DNA of 61,762 bases, the filler included, from Choristocarpus tenellus KU-1152 (taxonomy: Eukaryota; Protista; Phaeophyceae): assembly GCA_964200185.2 (NCBI GenBank). It is 9 parts of 9 records of this genome, joined end to end, with 100 filler letters (N's around TTAATTAATTAA, not from the genome) between each part and the next. Parts side by side here need not be neighbours in the genome. Positions count along the whole stretch, not along the records: positions 7,367 to 17,772 come from CAXNAD020002946.1; positions 17,873 to 32,275 come from CAXNAD020001202.1; 7 more parts are not named here. One strand, written 5' to 3'. The notes under the pieces were generated by a model that saw only the letters and a program-made list of their open reading frames with translations, searched no databases and was not told where the DNA came from. Below are positions 13,967-26,859 of the stretch, piece by piece. Made by a program: the position numbers and the translations under genes. Every line of letters begins with the position of its first letter. The stretch's first letter is position 1.

Positions 13967-16857
13967 ATGTCACACCTTCCTCAAGCCAGTTCAATCATCC
14001 ACCGTGTTGGATCATTAGATCCGTTCAGGCGAGTTGATCTCAATGGGCACGTCCCATGGCTTTGAGCTGAATCGGTAAGTACTCTCAGTAATCTTCTTAA
14101 GTACTACGGCCTCCTGGACACACAATTTTTCGACGAACGCACCGTCCCACTTGCTTCCTATTCGCCTTGTCCACGTCTATCTGAAAAGGCAAACCATGAA
14201 CGAACTTTTTGAAGCAATGGAGAGGGACTTGGCCCCTGTTGGCGTGGCCACCAGGTTCCCAGGTAATACAGGCGGAACTGTGACTTCCCGTTCACGCCTC
14301 TCGCATTCAGATTGATTTCCACGAGACTGGGCATGTGAAAACGAGGAGGAAATTAATGGTTGGGGGTGTCGTTGGTTGTGCCTGAGTCATGACAAAGTTG
14401 TGTCTCTCCATGTCCTATAGTGGAGCTCTTCCAATGTTCCAGAGTGTTGTACTATTTTTGTCGAGAGATTTTCAATCTGTACTTTGTGTGGGATATCATA
14501 CACAGCAGCCCCAGACCCCCCAAATCTCGACCTTTAGAACCTAGATCTTGTTGATAGTGACCACTTTCTCTCACGGCATCATATTGATCGAAGAGAGCAC
14601 TACTTTGAGAAATGTTGCAGGTTGCATGAGTACCTGCAAGTCCTCTACCTTCGGCTCTTTTGGACGATAATATGGAAGGTAACATAAAGAGGTTTAATTC
14701 AATATATGTTTTATCTTTCTTCGATTTCAGACTACGAATGACGATATTAACTCTGACGTGCTTTTTATCCTTGCGTTTGTTGTTCCTTCTTGTTCTCAAG
14801 TATTTCACGCTTGTGTGACTATGTTTTTTGCAGGACTATCAACTAAACGCCGACCTACCCGGAGTCAACAAGGATGAGATCTCCCTCGATCTTGATAATG
14901 AGACGGGGCACCTTAACCTTTCCGCGGAGCGCAAACGTCAACGCGAGGAGGAAGGTGGCGGCGAGGAGGGTCAATCTAGGTACCGTTTGTATTGTCTACG
15001 ATGCTTTATCTGAGTCAATCATGACAATTTTGCGTGTGAAGCTTTCCTAATTTAGTAGGTTGGCCGATATATTTGTCAATATTTAGTTTTAGAGACTGGG
15101 GGTTGGGATTCAATGACAACTCTGGGTCAAAGTGCCTGGCGGGGGTGGCGACGGTCAATTTGAGGTCAATTTTTTCCATGTCGCGATCTTTGAGTGATTT
15201 GGTTGCACACGTCGGATGGATAATGTAAGTACACTGAATGAAAGTATCTTAGAGGATACGAGTTCTACCCTGTTTTTCCCTTTGGTGCTTGACTCCTCAT
15301 GGGTTTTTTTATGACATTTTCCTACTCGAAAATGTTTTGGAGTAGGTAAAATGTATACATTATGAAAAGGTGTGTCTGGAACAAGGATATTGACACTTCC
15401 TAACGAACACGATAGGTAAAATTACATCAAAATCAAAACATTGGATTCTTACCCCCAAATGGACAGCGCTCCACCCTCTATGATACTTTGACTCACTTTT
15501 TCTGGTTATGGCCCAAATGGTCACCCTGGTGTAGACCCCCTCCCCCCTCCAGATACTTTGGGTCTGTAACCCCTTGTCCCTCCTACTTTCGATCCTGCTT
15601 AATACAAAGTACGTTATTTCAAGACGATTACTGGTTCCTCGCTGTTGTACCACCAGGAGCTCATTGATCAGAGGATTGTGTGCTTAGAGAGCTCTGACCC
15701 TTGGGTCATGGATAAGGGCTTAGCGTGATCACATGATGAGAAATAAAGGGTGACACTTCTCTCCTCTTCCCCTCGAAATAGTAATTGTTGCACATACATT
15801 TTGTAGTAATAATGACATGGTCGTTTTGATGCTATGATACTTGGACATAGTGGCATTATGCACTCTCACTCTACAGATTCCATGGCATGAGGTGGTTGTG
15901 GAGATGTGAGGAAATGTTATGTTTTTGTTGGAAGACAAAGAGGTCCTTGTGGAATTGTACATTATCTCGACACTGTACAATAGTACATGCATTGCATTGA
16001 TGGCACAACAAGACTGGAAGAACTTGGAGGAGAGAACAGGGATCGTGCATTTAAATTTGCATGGATGGCTAAGTGCAGTATATGAGCCAAAGTATCTTAG
16101 AGGGTAGGGCCGCTTCCATTTGGGAGCCAAAATCCAATGTTTCAATTTTGATGTAATTTTGGCTAATGTTTTTGTTAGGAAGTGTCAGTATCCTTGTTCC
16201 GGACACACATTTTCATAATGTATACATTTGACCTACCTCGAAACATTTTGGAGAGGAAAATGTCATTAAAAAAACCACGGGAAGCCAAGCACCAAATGGA
16301 CAAACATGGCAATACTCGTACCCTCTAAGATACTTCCACTCATATTGTAGAACGTATTCAAGACACACGGTAGCACCTCAAGACCAACCCGCTTGGTGGT
16401 CTCCATCTTTGATTTGTCCTTTGTCAGTTCTCACACTTGTGTTTGTAGTTTCTGATTAACCAGCACATAAGCATAGGCCTTACACATTTTGTTTGTATAG
16501 CATTAGAATCTTTAAAAAACACACATGAAGTCGTTACTGGAGATCCATTTTGTGTTGTCGTAGAAACCACCTACGCCCGCACTTATCTGTTCCAACCATT
16601 AACACAATGATGTAGACCATTTCATCCATTACACCCTAGATTTGACCATCCCCAATTCACCTCACTCTCTCTTTTGGTTCAGGTACCATTTCATGGAGCG
16701 CAGTTACGGCAAGTTCACACGCTCACTTCGCCTGCCTCAGAATGCTGATCTTAATCACGCTGAGGCCAAGTATACCGATGGTGTCCTCCATCTCCGTTTC
16801 CCTAAGAAGGACTTGCCCCCCTCTTCTCGCAAAATGCCCATCACCTTCAGAGATTGA
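13967..16857 (+). CDS. HSP20: Small heat-shock protein (HSP20/alpha-crystallin), 4 exons, 5' part apparently frameshifted
   Basis: Exons ~13967-14074, 14189-14334, 14834-14979 and 16683-16857. Motifs IDFHET, DYQLNADLPGVNKDEI, LNLSAERK, YHFMERSYGKFTRSLRLPQNAD, YTDGVLHLRFPK. TATA-like TATATATA near 13812. Frame break near 14295-14300. Confidence 0.85.
15124..15564 (+). mobile_element. MITE family 2 copy (~180 bp host) interrupted by a family 1 copy
   Basis: The two flanks (15124-15235 and 15495-15564) align with the intact copy at 50257-50437; ends GGGTCAAAGTGCC and AGATACTTTGGGTC. Confidence 0.8.
15236..15494 (-). mobile_element. MITE family 1 copy A (259 bp), nested
   Basis: Reverse complement of the copies at 16084, 46363 and 56254; flanked by CACT on the left and ACT on the right. 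Confidence 0.85.
16084..16341 (+). mobile_element. MITE family 1 copy B (258 bp)
   Basis: TIRs GAGCCAAAGTATCTTAGAGGGTA ... TACCCTCTAAGATACTTCCACTC; 4-bp TSD ATAT. Confidence 0.9.
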
Positions 16858-17772
16858 CTTCGACAAGGTTGAAGGCTGCACGTACGGATATCAGCAGACG
16901 TACATCGACAAAATACCATTTCACCAAATTCATCGCCCTTGACCTACTGAGGGCATACTTTTTCCCTTCTATATTCCCAAAACAAATTGGTAACATCAGT
17001 TGTTGTGGGGGAGGTGCAGCGAAGAGGGCGCTTGTGGGAGAGGAGGGGGTGGTTAGAACACCAACTTTACTGTTTCAGGGAGAAGTTCGTGCATGTGTGA
17101 AAATTGCTTAACAATGATCTGCTCTCGAACTACCTCAGCAACTCCACGGTGCTCTCGATGGAATTTTATGTCCAAGGCAGTTTTATGCAGTATCGTTGAA
17201 AGTATTTTATATTTTGCTTTTTCTTCAGATTTTCCTTTCCCATGTTATTTTTTCAGTGCAAGTCTGCTTGCGCCCTCCAGAGCTGGTGTTACTGTTTGAA
17301 TTACGATTCACAATATTTCTGATTTCCACTCGTCTTGCCACTTCAATACTTCACTGATCCAGGTGGGCACATAACAAATAGTTGTTCAATTTTTACGCTT
17401 ACGATATTTCCAAGACGATGTGTATTCAGTCACCCTTCTTCATGTTGCCCTCGGCATGGGTGGCCGTGTAGTGGGCCTGGATGCCCAAAACAGCATACTA
17501 GACTTCGATTTGAGGATAAAGGTGTTCACTGCATATATACTACGCACACATAGGAGGATTAATTTGCTGGGGGAGAAGGCAAGGAAGAAGGCAGAGTGCA
17601 TTACATACAGCTTTTTTAGGGGTGGTGAAGCCCACTTCAATTATGATATATAGTAGAATATTCATATTTTGACTGGAGCCATGTAGGTGCTATTTTTTTT
17701 TTTTTTTTTTTTTGATAACCTCGAACGTTTCTCCATGTCCAAAGTTTTTGGGGGGGGTAGTTTCACTATGGT

Positions 17773-17872
17773 NNNNNNNNNNNNNNNNNNNNNNNNNNNN
17801 NNNNNNNNNNNNNNNNTTAATTAATTAANNNNNNNNNNNNNNNNNNNNNNNNNNNNNNNNNNNNNNNNNNNN
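17773..17872. other. Artificial contig spacer
   Basis: 44N-TTAATTAATTAA-44N. Confidence 0.97.
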
Positions 17873-18124
17873 TACAATTACGCACAGGTATAAGGTGATC
17901 GACCAACCCCCCCCCCCCAGACTTCCTCTCCGACTTCAGTGACCATCAAAGCCCATTGCTCCAAATATCAAATTCACGCTGACCAAAGGGCAAGGTTTAT
18001 AGGCAATACGAAATGTAACATACACACCAATGAGAAGAGTCTCTCGCACTATATACATTGCAGTTGACCAATAATAACCTGCATCAGTCCCTATTGACCA
18101 ATTAAAATCAACCAATTCACACAC

Positions 18125-21100
18125 CTTCCACAGCCGACGTGTCCACACACCATACAAACCCACAAATTGTGAGCAACAGCACAGGTCTCGCACACACACT
18201 GGTCAGGCAAGGTTACACAAAGTGAAAAGGAGGTGGAATTAGAGACCAAGGACTGCTGCACTGCCTGACCAGGCACCTCAATCTGGCCCTGCACAGAGCA
18301 GAGAAGATCAGCAAACATTAGGGTAGTATGTAGTATAGCATGGCACTAAAACAAACTACTAGCACTTTTGAGGGTATAATGGACTCAATCACTCAATCAC
18401 ATGCTTCACGTCTATAAGTGGAGAGGTGATGGATAATACTGTCATTGTCTGTCTCAATGGCGGGGGGGGAGGTGCTGTTGTTGTTTTGGGGGTGCAGAAG
18501 AGCTTGTGATGAGCAAGAGTTCATGCTTTCAGGATCATCATTTTCAACACCTCAAAGTGTATGCACTACAAGCAGTCTAAGCACAGCAAACAACCTCAGC
18601 CTTTGATGACACAAAATTGTAGTGTCACAAATTATCTTGCATATAATGCAGCATATTCAATTTAGACCACACCAAACACTAAACACACACACACACACAC
18701 ACACGTACAGCAGCAAGTACTGTACCATGGTAGTACTTTCCTGGTACTGTACCTTTCTTTGAACTATACCTTTATTGCCGTGAAGTTGCTCTACTGTGTT
18801 GAATTCTTTGCCCAGTACATACAGGCACAACAACAATAGTAATGATCACCATAGTACACATAGAAATATGGTTGCCTACCAATAGGTGTGTCTCTATAAA
18901 CCACATCCCCGGTAATACTCAACATTTCTATTACTAATACAATACTATTAATATCGTAACAACAAAGTAGTATATTCAAGCAACTCACCAAATAAGCACC
19001 GATGATACCTACCTGAAGCACCATATCCCACGTTCCATACCCTACTTGATGTTCACACTGCAGCAACGTACCATACAGATACAAATTCAAATTCAAATAA
19101 AAATGACTTGTGCACCAAAGTAAGCTCTGCTATTGTGGCAACACTACTCAGCTCCTAACCATAACAATTAAGAACAACGAAGTCATAGTTATTACTATTG
19201 TCAGAGCCATACCTCTACTAAAGAAGAGGCACCTTGCGAGGTAGACCCAGAGTCGGAACCAGAGGCCTTGCTGTTCAGTTTCCTCAGAAACCTGCAAACC
19301 CGGCAATTAGAGTCTTTCCAAATATTCTCATTCATCAAATCTCTGCTATCATCACCAAACTGCAGCCCATCACCACTACCACCTCCTTCCCCTCCCCTCC
19401 AACTCCTACCCGTCCAAGTATGAGGCAAATTGTTTTGGCTGCAATATCTGTCCACACCTCCAGCCCCCCATCGCCCATCACTATCCTCACTCCTATTCCA
19501 TGTTGATGTTCTATTTTCCTCTCTCCCACCTCCCCAGGCACCATGCCCCCGTGGATCCTTTCTTCTCCTTGAATAGCCATGCCCCTCCCCCAGTGTTTGC
19601 CCAACACATGTCAACCCAGCCCCTCTCCCACTACCTTCCTCATCCTCTCCAGCACTGCCAATATGCTTTTGGCGCCGGCATCGACGGTGTGTACAACAAC
19701 CATTTTCCATCTCCCCCTTGCTCTCACTGCCCTGGCTCGCTCTCTCCTGAGTACTACCGAAAGCAGCTACAACAAGGGCTGGAGGCAGGGAGTGCAGTGG
19801 GTGAGGGGGATGAATACCAGACACAGAAGGATCCAAGCGATCTAGGCAGACTGGGCATGGGGGAAGCTCTGTATAGCTTTTCTCAGTCAGAGGAAGAATA
19901 GCGTTTGCATCTCCTCCATGACCTCCACTTCCTTCCCCGCTGCCACCTCCCTGATCAATCTTGTCCCATCCTTGGATCAGCCCAGGGTACATAGATTCTC
20001 TCCCTACGGGATCTCTCCTGTTCTTATCTCCCTCACTATTCCACAGCTTTTCCAGCAACCGTGATGACCCTCCCAAGGACTCTACTTGGACCTCTTCCCG
20101 ACGATATTCCTTGCCCCCTTCACTACCCACCAACACATCTGCACTTGAACCAGATCGTGGTCTTGCCCCCCCCCCCGTGTCATTCACTCTTTCACCAAGG
20201 GCAGACACACAGAGGGGCCTCCACTGTCTGTTGATGTTCTCCTCACTCCTCCCCTCTTCAATCACCTCGCCCCTTCCACTCACCTCAAGTCCCTTGCCCT
20301 CAGCTCCAGGGTCAGCCACAGGCTCAGGGCCAGCCACAGACTGGGGATTCAAAGGTGCCAGGTCCAGCTCTAGTGGGTGGACATTGGTCATATTCCCCAC
20401 CCCCCAGCCTTGACCAGTTTTTTGTCCATCACCATAGGACATGCTCCTGGGCATTGTAGCCTCACTGCCCTTCACCTCCACCTCACCTTCCATTGTTGCA
20501 GAAACTTCAGCATGAGTCCGGATGTTTCCAGCACTGTTCTCACTCCATGACCTTGAACGATGTAAGGAAATGCCAGCATCATCCTTTGTTCAGGGGTAAG
20601 GGCAAAGGTAGGGTGCCATGTGGGAGAATTTGGACCAGGTGCATGAGTGGGAGGTTGTTCAAAAGGGATACATCAACAGTGCATGACATTTGGTAGTGAC
20701 AATTATGCATCACCTTGTCTAGAAAAGAATAGAGGACAAACATCCGAGCTCAGAACAATACACTCTCCTCCCCCCCTGCGAATAATGAAACACCCTGATG
20801 TAAACAAGAGAGAGCATACCAACAAAAGACAAAAGGTGATGTAGTACAATTTCCCCTCTTTCAAATTTACTGCATAGTACAATTTCCATTCAGGAGTCCC
20901 CCCTGATCCCCTCCCTTCTTTCCCCTTCCTCAAGTTCCTCACCCAGTGCCTGTCATTCAAAGGAGATGTGTCCTTCTCTTCAGCCACACCACCAGTCTCT
21001 TTGCCAAAAGCATCTCTGTCATCACATCTGTTCCCATCTGATCCACCTCTTGGGGACAGAAAACAAACATCCACCCTAGACAAGAACACTGCTTTCACCA

Positions 21101-23632
21101 CACCACCCCCAGGAATCAAAACCCCGTTGTACTTTGCATGAAAGGCAGCTGCATCACCCTGTGATTCAATAGTTGGTGGGGAGTGTGGGTGGGAGGGAGA
21201 AAAAAGTTTAAAGCTGAGACTCTCAGAGGTGGGAAATCGGAGCTTCAAATGAGATACTCTCCACCAAGATTTGCTTCGTACTCAAAAGCATGCAAGGATT
21301 GAAGGTAAGAAGGATGAGAGCCCTACCAACTGTTATCCATCCACAAGCAAGAATGTATATTAGAAGTCTTCCAGTGGACTATACTCAGAAACGACGACTG
21401 ATCATTGAAACTTTAATACCTCATTTTCCACTACAGAATACTCTTCCCTTTCCCCAGGTTAACAACAGTGAGCAAGGCACTCGATCAGCAAACCATCTCT
21501 ATCCTCCTCTGCATCACGCAACAAAAAGTGAAAAATTCCCAACGCAGGAGACTTACTGCATCCAAGAAATGCAAAACTGCTGCGTGTCGGTACCGGGTAC
21601 TCCTATCGACCACAGATTGGATCAGGTGCACCACACCTAGTCCCCCCACACCGCCTCCTCTTCCTTGTTGTCCTTTGAGCTGACTAGGGAGCCTCACTCT
21701 ACTTTGTTCATCAAACCCCCCTGCCACTGAGCATTCAGGGGCTCTTGCATCATGTGCTGGAGCGATTGTAGGTGATGTTGGTGCTACTGGGGCTGCTGTG
21801 GACACAAATTGTGTCTCCAAAGGAGTAGCTTTTGTCAGACCAGAGCTCTGGGTATAGCTCTGGGTAAGGGTAGAGTCACGAGTAGAGGCTATAGTTCTGG
21901 TGCTGCTGGGTAGGGCATCTTCTTGTGATAAGAGACCCCAGAGAGGCATGGAGGAGGGAATGGCAGGGAAGTAGACCACTGTTTTCTTCTCATCCTTGTA
22001 AGATTACAGGGGGGCAGGAGGAGAAAGAATTGGCATATAGATGTAAGAGAGTGATTTGCACAAGCCACATCAATCCCTACTGACTGATTTTGCTATGCGT
22101 GTGGATTGAGCACGATTCTAAGCTTACAAAAACAGACTGCACAGACACATCGACAGCCTTCAATTTTGACTGTATTCATTGCAATTTCATCTCGATTCCT
22201 TGGAAGTCCAGCAGTGCATGAATGGTGTTTGGATCAACAACAGAATTTAAATGGTTTATTTCTCCTTATGAACAACGAATAAGTAAAAAGTATGGTCTGG
22301 CATGATAAAAGTTCATAGGTCATGCAAGGAGTTGTCACAAAAATAAGAGCAGCACTACTGCAACATAACAATGAACCTTTTCAACATATTAATTAAACCC
22401 GTTTAATCTTGATTATGCTGTTATAATGGATGGGTTCAGTGAGGTGAGCATTCATGCCTTACTGAAACCCCTTCCTCTAAAAAACATGGACTACGGGGGA
22501 GAAAATGCAGTGTCACACAACCAAGTGTTTGGGATCGATAAGATACCCACAAAGGAACGCACCCACGCACCCACGCACACATACAAACACACACTTTGCA
22601 GATGCATATTCTGCAGTATGGGGTGGGTGTCCTTCGCTATTTGGGATTGTGGGGTTGTCGAGTAGGTCATCCTGGCCCAACAGTATAGTAATCTCAACCC
22701 CAGGCCAGCGTTCTCAATTGCAGTCTAAAATCGCTACCACCAGAATAGGATTAGTGAACTCATTGGCCTGACAAGCTAATGCACGCATTGCCAAGGGTGG
22801 GCCATTCGTCACCAGAGCAACACCGCACACCCCGTCAGTAATTGTGAATTCGAGAGAAGTTGGCAGGTTAGCAAGAACAAGGAACAGCACCGACAATGGC
22901 ACTACAAAGTTTCGCCATGCCACAACAGAGAACGCTCTTGGCATTCAAGCATTGGGGTAGCAGTATGCGGTAGCTTATACAGTAAGAAAGTAATCAGGAG
23001 TATAGGTTGGCATTTACCATGATGGTAGTTGCGTCCATCGCCCGTGTGGCCACTGCCCCGCCAGATGAAGTACTGGTATTGATATCACCATCCACACGAA
23101 AGAGATGCGAGGTCCTGATGAGTTGGCATATGTCACATGCGAGACAGGAGATCAGATATGCAAACACCAAGATTACTATGACGTCCACCTAACAAAATCT
23201 CGCTCCCAAAAGCAAATCTCCGTTTGCTCGCAATTCATCGGTTGAGCGAGCTCGAACAGGTTCTTTCTCCACATTCACGAACGTCAGAGGACGCTGCAAC
23301 TAGTGAGTCAAGCATTCTCACCCAGTTATATTCTCTACCCTGGTTCCCGAAAGCCGAAAAGCTCTCTCCGTCTCAGCTGCTCCGCTGCAAACATTGATGG
23401 ACAGGGGATCTGCCTCATCTCTTCTGATCCCTTCACCTTTTACGTCCCGAGTCAATCCAGCGTGACCAAGAAAAGTTTTGTTACCCAAATAGACTAATCA
23501 AACTAGGCAGTAGGTTGAAGAATTGCAAAACTGGTCTTCGAGACAAGGAAGGAGGTTATTGTTTAGTTCAACAATCTCTGGCTTTAGCTCACCTTTGCAA
23601 TCCTTATCGACTCGAACCCTCAGGATAAACAT
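18125..23632 (-). CDS. BRAP: BRAP2/BRIZ-type RING + ZnF-UBP ubiquitin ligase, 3' end truncated by contig break
   Basis: Exons 23632-23593 (MFILRV, like the plant BRIZ1 N-terminus), 23493-23322, 23114-23018 (ENITG|TSHLFR), possibly ~22671-22585, 21994-21557, 21158-20943 (DAAAFHAKYNG), 20583-19213 (TELPPCPVCLDRLDPSVSGI ... WKDSNCRVCRF) and 18198-18125 (CETC..NLWVCMVCGHVGCGR). Confidence 0.88.
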
Positions 23633-23957
23633 CCTGGTATCAACATCACCCAAGAAGGGTCTACTGCAGGTTACCAGTAGGCTATCATTTCATCCACTTA
23701 CTCTTATCCACTTCTCTTTGGTAACAAATTAAGGAGGGTGATATCAAAATATCAAGAATGAGGAAGGATGAAATATAGAAGATAGCGCGCCATAGTAGAG
23801 TCAAATTGACGCGCCAAAGGTGAAGGAGATGCGGTCCAACCTTTGTCCAACAAAAACTCGTATTGCGTGAAAAGGAATATAACATACAACATTTCATTGT
23901 CAATTGTCGATCACAAAAATAGCCACACACTCAGACACTCCACTACAAGAGCTGAAA

Positions 23958-26859
23958 ATGGGAGGTCTAAGTGGACTAAAAGATGATATTCTGGTGCTTG
24001 TTGAGAAATATGGGGACATATCCTATGCTGAAGATTTTCTTAACAAACTTGCGGAAAATGCTCGTTTGATGGCGATGGAGGAGAGGATCAGGTTCGTCTT
24101 CGTTGCAGCATATAATGGATTACGAATGTGACCAAACTACCATAATCTTTTGTTTAGAGACAGAGTTCTCAGAGCGATTCGACCACAAACATGAAAGACT
24201 CCAGCCTTTGAACATTCAATACCTATATCCACCCTGGCGTTATAGGTATATGCATAGCTCTGACCCCTTTGATCTCTTCTCGGAGATGAAGGACATGTTG
24301 GAACCTGGAGAACCTCTGCCAGACAACGTCAAGCACATGCTAAGTCTAATGAGGGTGAAAAGATTCGACAAGGTGATTAATCCCCAGACCCGTTGAATTT
24401 TTTTTACGCCAAGAATTAAGTCACGTGAAGATTTGAAGCCAAACACCTTTGGTTACATACACCACATTTTACAACAAGAAGGCCTTCGCTAGCTCGTGTC
24501 CGCCTATTGACAAATAGTACTCCGTCCCACACCTCTCTCTTGCTGCAGGTGCAGACAATTGGTGGGTATTCCAGCATAGATGCGACTGTAGAGTTCTTTG
24601 AACCCACTGGAAATGCTGGGAACGGAGTGCGGGCGATTGGGGTTTCGACAACTAACAAGTTACCTGTTGTCGGGAAAATGCAAAATCCACCCCCAAGGCC
24701 CGTTCACTTGCACTTTGCGTTCCGTAGGGAACAAACCGGAAATAACGAAGAGCGAGAGAGTGGAGGAAATACAGGGCAGGGAGTAGAAGGGGAGGACTCT
24801 TCTCTTGGAACTGCGTGCCCCAAGGAAGGATGTTGCAGCACCGTAGCTGTTGGTGGGAGGAAGCGTAAGAGAGGGAAGGAATGCACACCTGACAGAGAAC
24901 AGAGGAACGGGCATGTGGGGGGGGAGTCGGAAGGGGAAGACTCAGGGGACTCCGAGGTATGTTGAAGGGCAATTTTGAGAACTGGGACAAACTTGATTGA
25001 TTTTTTGCATTGCAGGGATTGTGTTACTTTCCTCGCCTGACACACCTGTGTTTGAGACAAGCATATCCACCCAGGGGCAGCAGGGTGGTCAATTCCTGCA
25101 TTTGAATCAAACAATTCACTAATGCGTCGATTGTGATTAGAGTTTCACAGCAGTTTCTCCAAGCAAAAGAGCAGATCATGCTGTCAGCACCCAGAGTGAA
25201 GTACTGAAATCCTCAAGTTACCCCAAGTCACGCACCCCCTGCGAACCATCCTTAATGCGAACCCTTTTCTTTGCCACATTTACAAATTTGTCACAATCGG
25301 TTTTCTGTGTTTAAGGGAAATGATAAGAGATGATCAAAGCCCTAGAAATTACACCCTTTGTGTTTTATTATCAATCTGTACACATGGTATCATGCCAACA
25401 ACTAGTGCAAGTATTGATTCATACACTGAATGTCAAAAATTATTTAGAGTATATTCATCCATTTCATTTTGGGTATTTTTTTAACCAAGCAAGTACTTGC
25501 ATGGCTATAAGCGTTCTACCCTGCTTGAACCATAGCACCAAGTCATTCACAAAGATTTGATACTGCCCAAAATCATGTGCTAAATCATCCAACAGGAAGG
25601 TGTCGTGTCAAGGTAATCTTGTAGTTCTTCCAGAATATTTTTCGCAAACATAATTCTGGAAGTTTCTTTTGCTGTAACAGGTTACAAACATTAGCATCAA
25701 CAAGAGTGTATGAGTTTAAACTCATGTTCCTATATTATTGACCACAACAATGTACTGGGAAACATAGACTGCACCACCCAACACCAGCAAGCACCATTTC
25801 TGGACTAGTGGTTGATAGTCAATAATCAATTCATTAAAAAACTGCACAACAAATTCCATCACTGACAGAATTCCACCTCACACATCACACCCTACGTGTG
25901 CGAGTCTCAGGAGGAAGGTCTGAGGTTCTACCCCCAAACCATAGTGTCATATGCCATCAGTGGAGGTATTGCTTATGGCGCTCCGGTTCCGCTTTTACAA
26001 GCTGTTATCTATGCTCGTGGGGATTCCCCTGCCCCTGAAGGGTCGGCCCTTTCGCCTGCCCAAGGAGAGTTGCCCATGAGTCAGAAATGTGAAGGTACCA
26101 GACGCAACCAACCCCCTAATGACTCTTTGTGGTGGTATGCAACTTGACATATGGTAGGGGGTAGGGAGAGGGTACATTTCCAATTTTGGAAGTGTGAGTT
26201 TGATCGGATTTGACACAACAGTGACCTGGAATTTTATCCTTGTGTCCAGCTTCCTGACTCTGTTGATATGTCTCTTGTGGACTCTCCTGTGTAACTACAC
26301 CACTCCATCATACGCTTGTTCAGGTTGATCACTCTTTTTCTTGCCCTTACTTTGTCTGAGTAAGTCCTAGTATAGTGGTGAATCTATTAAGCTACAACAA
26401 CAGTCCCAGTGTCATTGAGTCTTCCTCTCTTTCCCATTCACTCTTATTGCTTGCAGAACCTTGGCCAACTCAATAAACCCTGTCAACCCCCTTCTTGACA
26501 TCCCAGGTACTTGTTGTCCATCAGAGGGCGATATTACTGATTGTGAGATCGATACAGAGGCCTTAGAGAAGGTTGGCCGAGCGCTTGGGCTCTTTGAAAC
26601 AGGAGTGGCGACAAGGGCATCAGGGACGAGGACCGTGCCAGAGGAAGATGAAGCAGCATGTAAGACCAAGGACCAGGTGGAAAAGAGCAGCAGAAGTGGA
26701 TTGAGCACTGCAGACTTGGTGAACTGGCTTCTACTGTTTCCATGTTTTGAAACCGAGTGGGACATGGTTGGTATTGTTGCATCTTCCATATTTGATAATG
26801 AAGGGGACGAAAGTGGAGATGAGATGGAAGATGACAGTAACTGTGAAGAAAGTGACTAG
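23958..26859 (+). CDS. Hypothetical protein, 5 exons, ~395 aa, acidic C-terminus
   Basis: Exons 23958-24091, 24246-24354, 24549-24956, 25911-26094 and 26507-26859 join in phase through GT-AG introns (1188 nt including stop). No family recognised. Confidence 0.65.

Noticed and set aside
17430-17521. Possible plus-strand exon (TLLHVALGMGGRVVGLDAQNSILDFDLRIK)
   Set aside because: Isolated near the contig end with no identifiable partner exons.
19234-20413. Several plus-strand ORFs of 88-150 aa
   Set aside because: Antisense shadows of the long BRAP exon.
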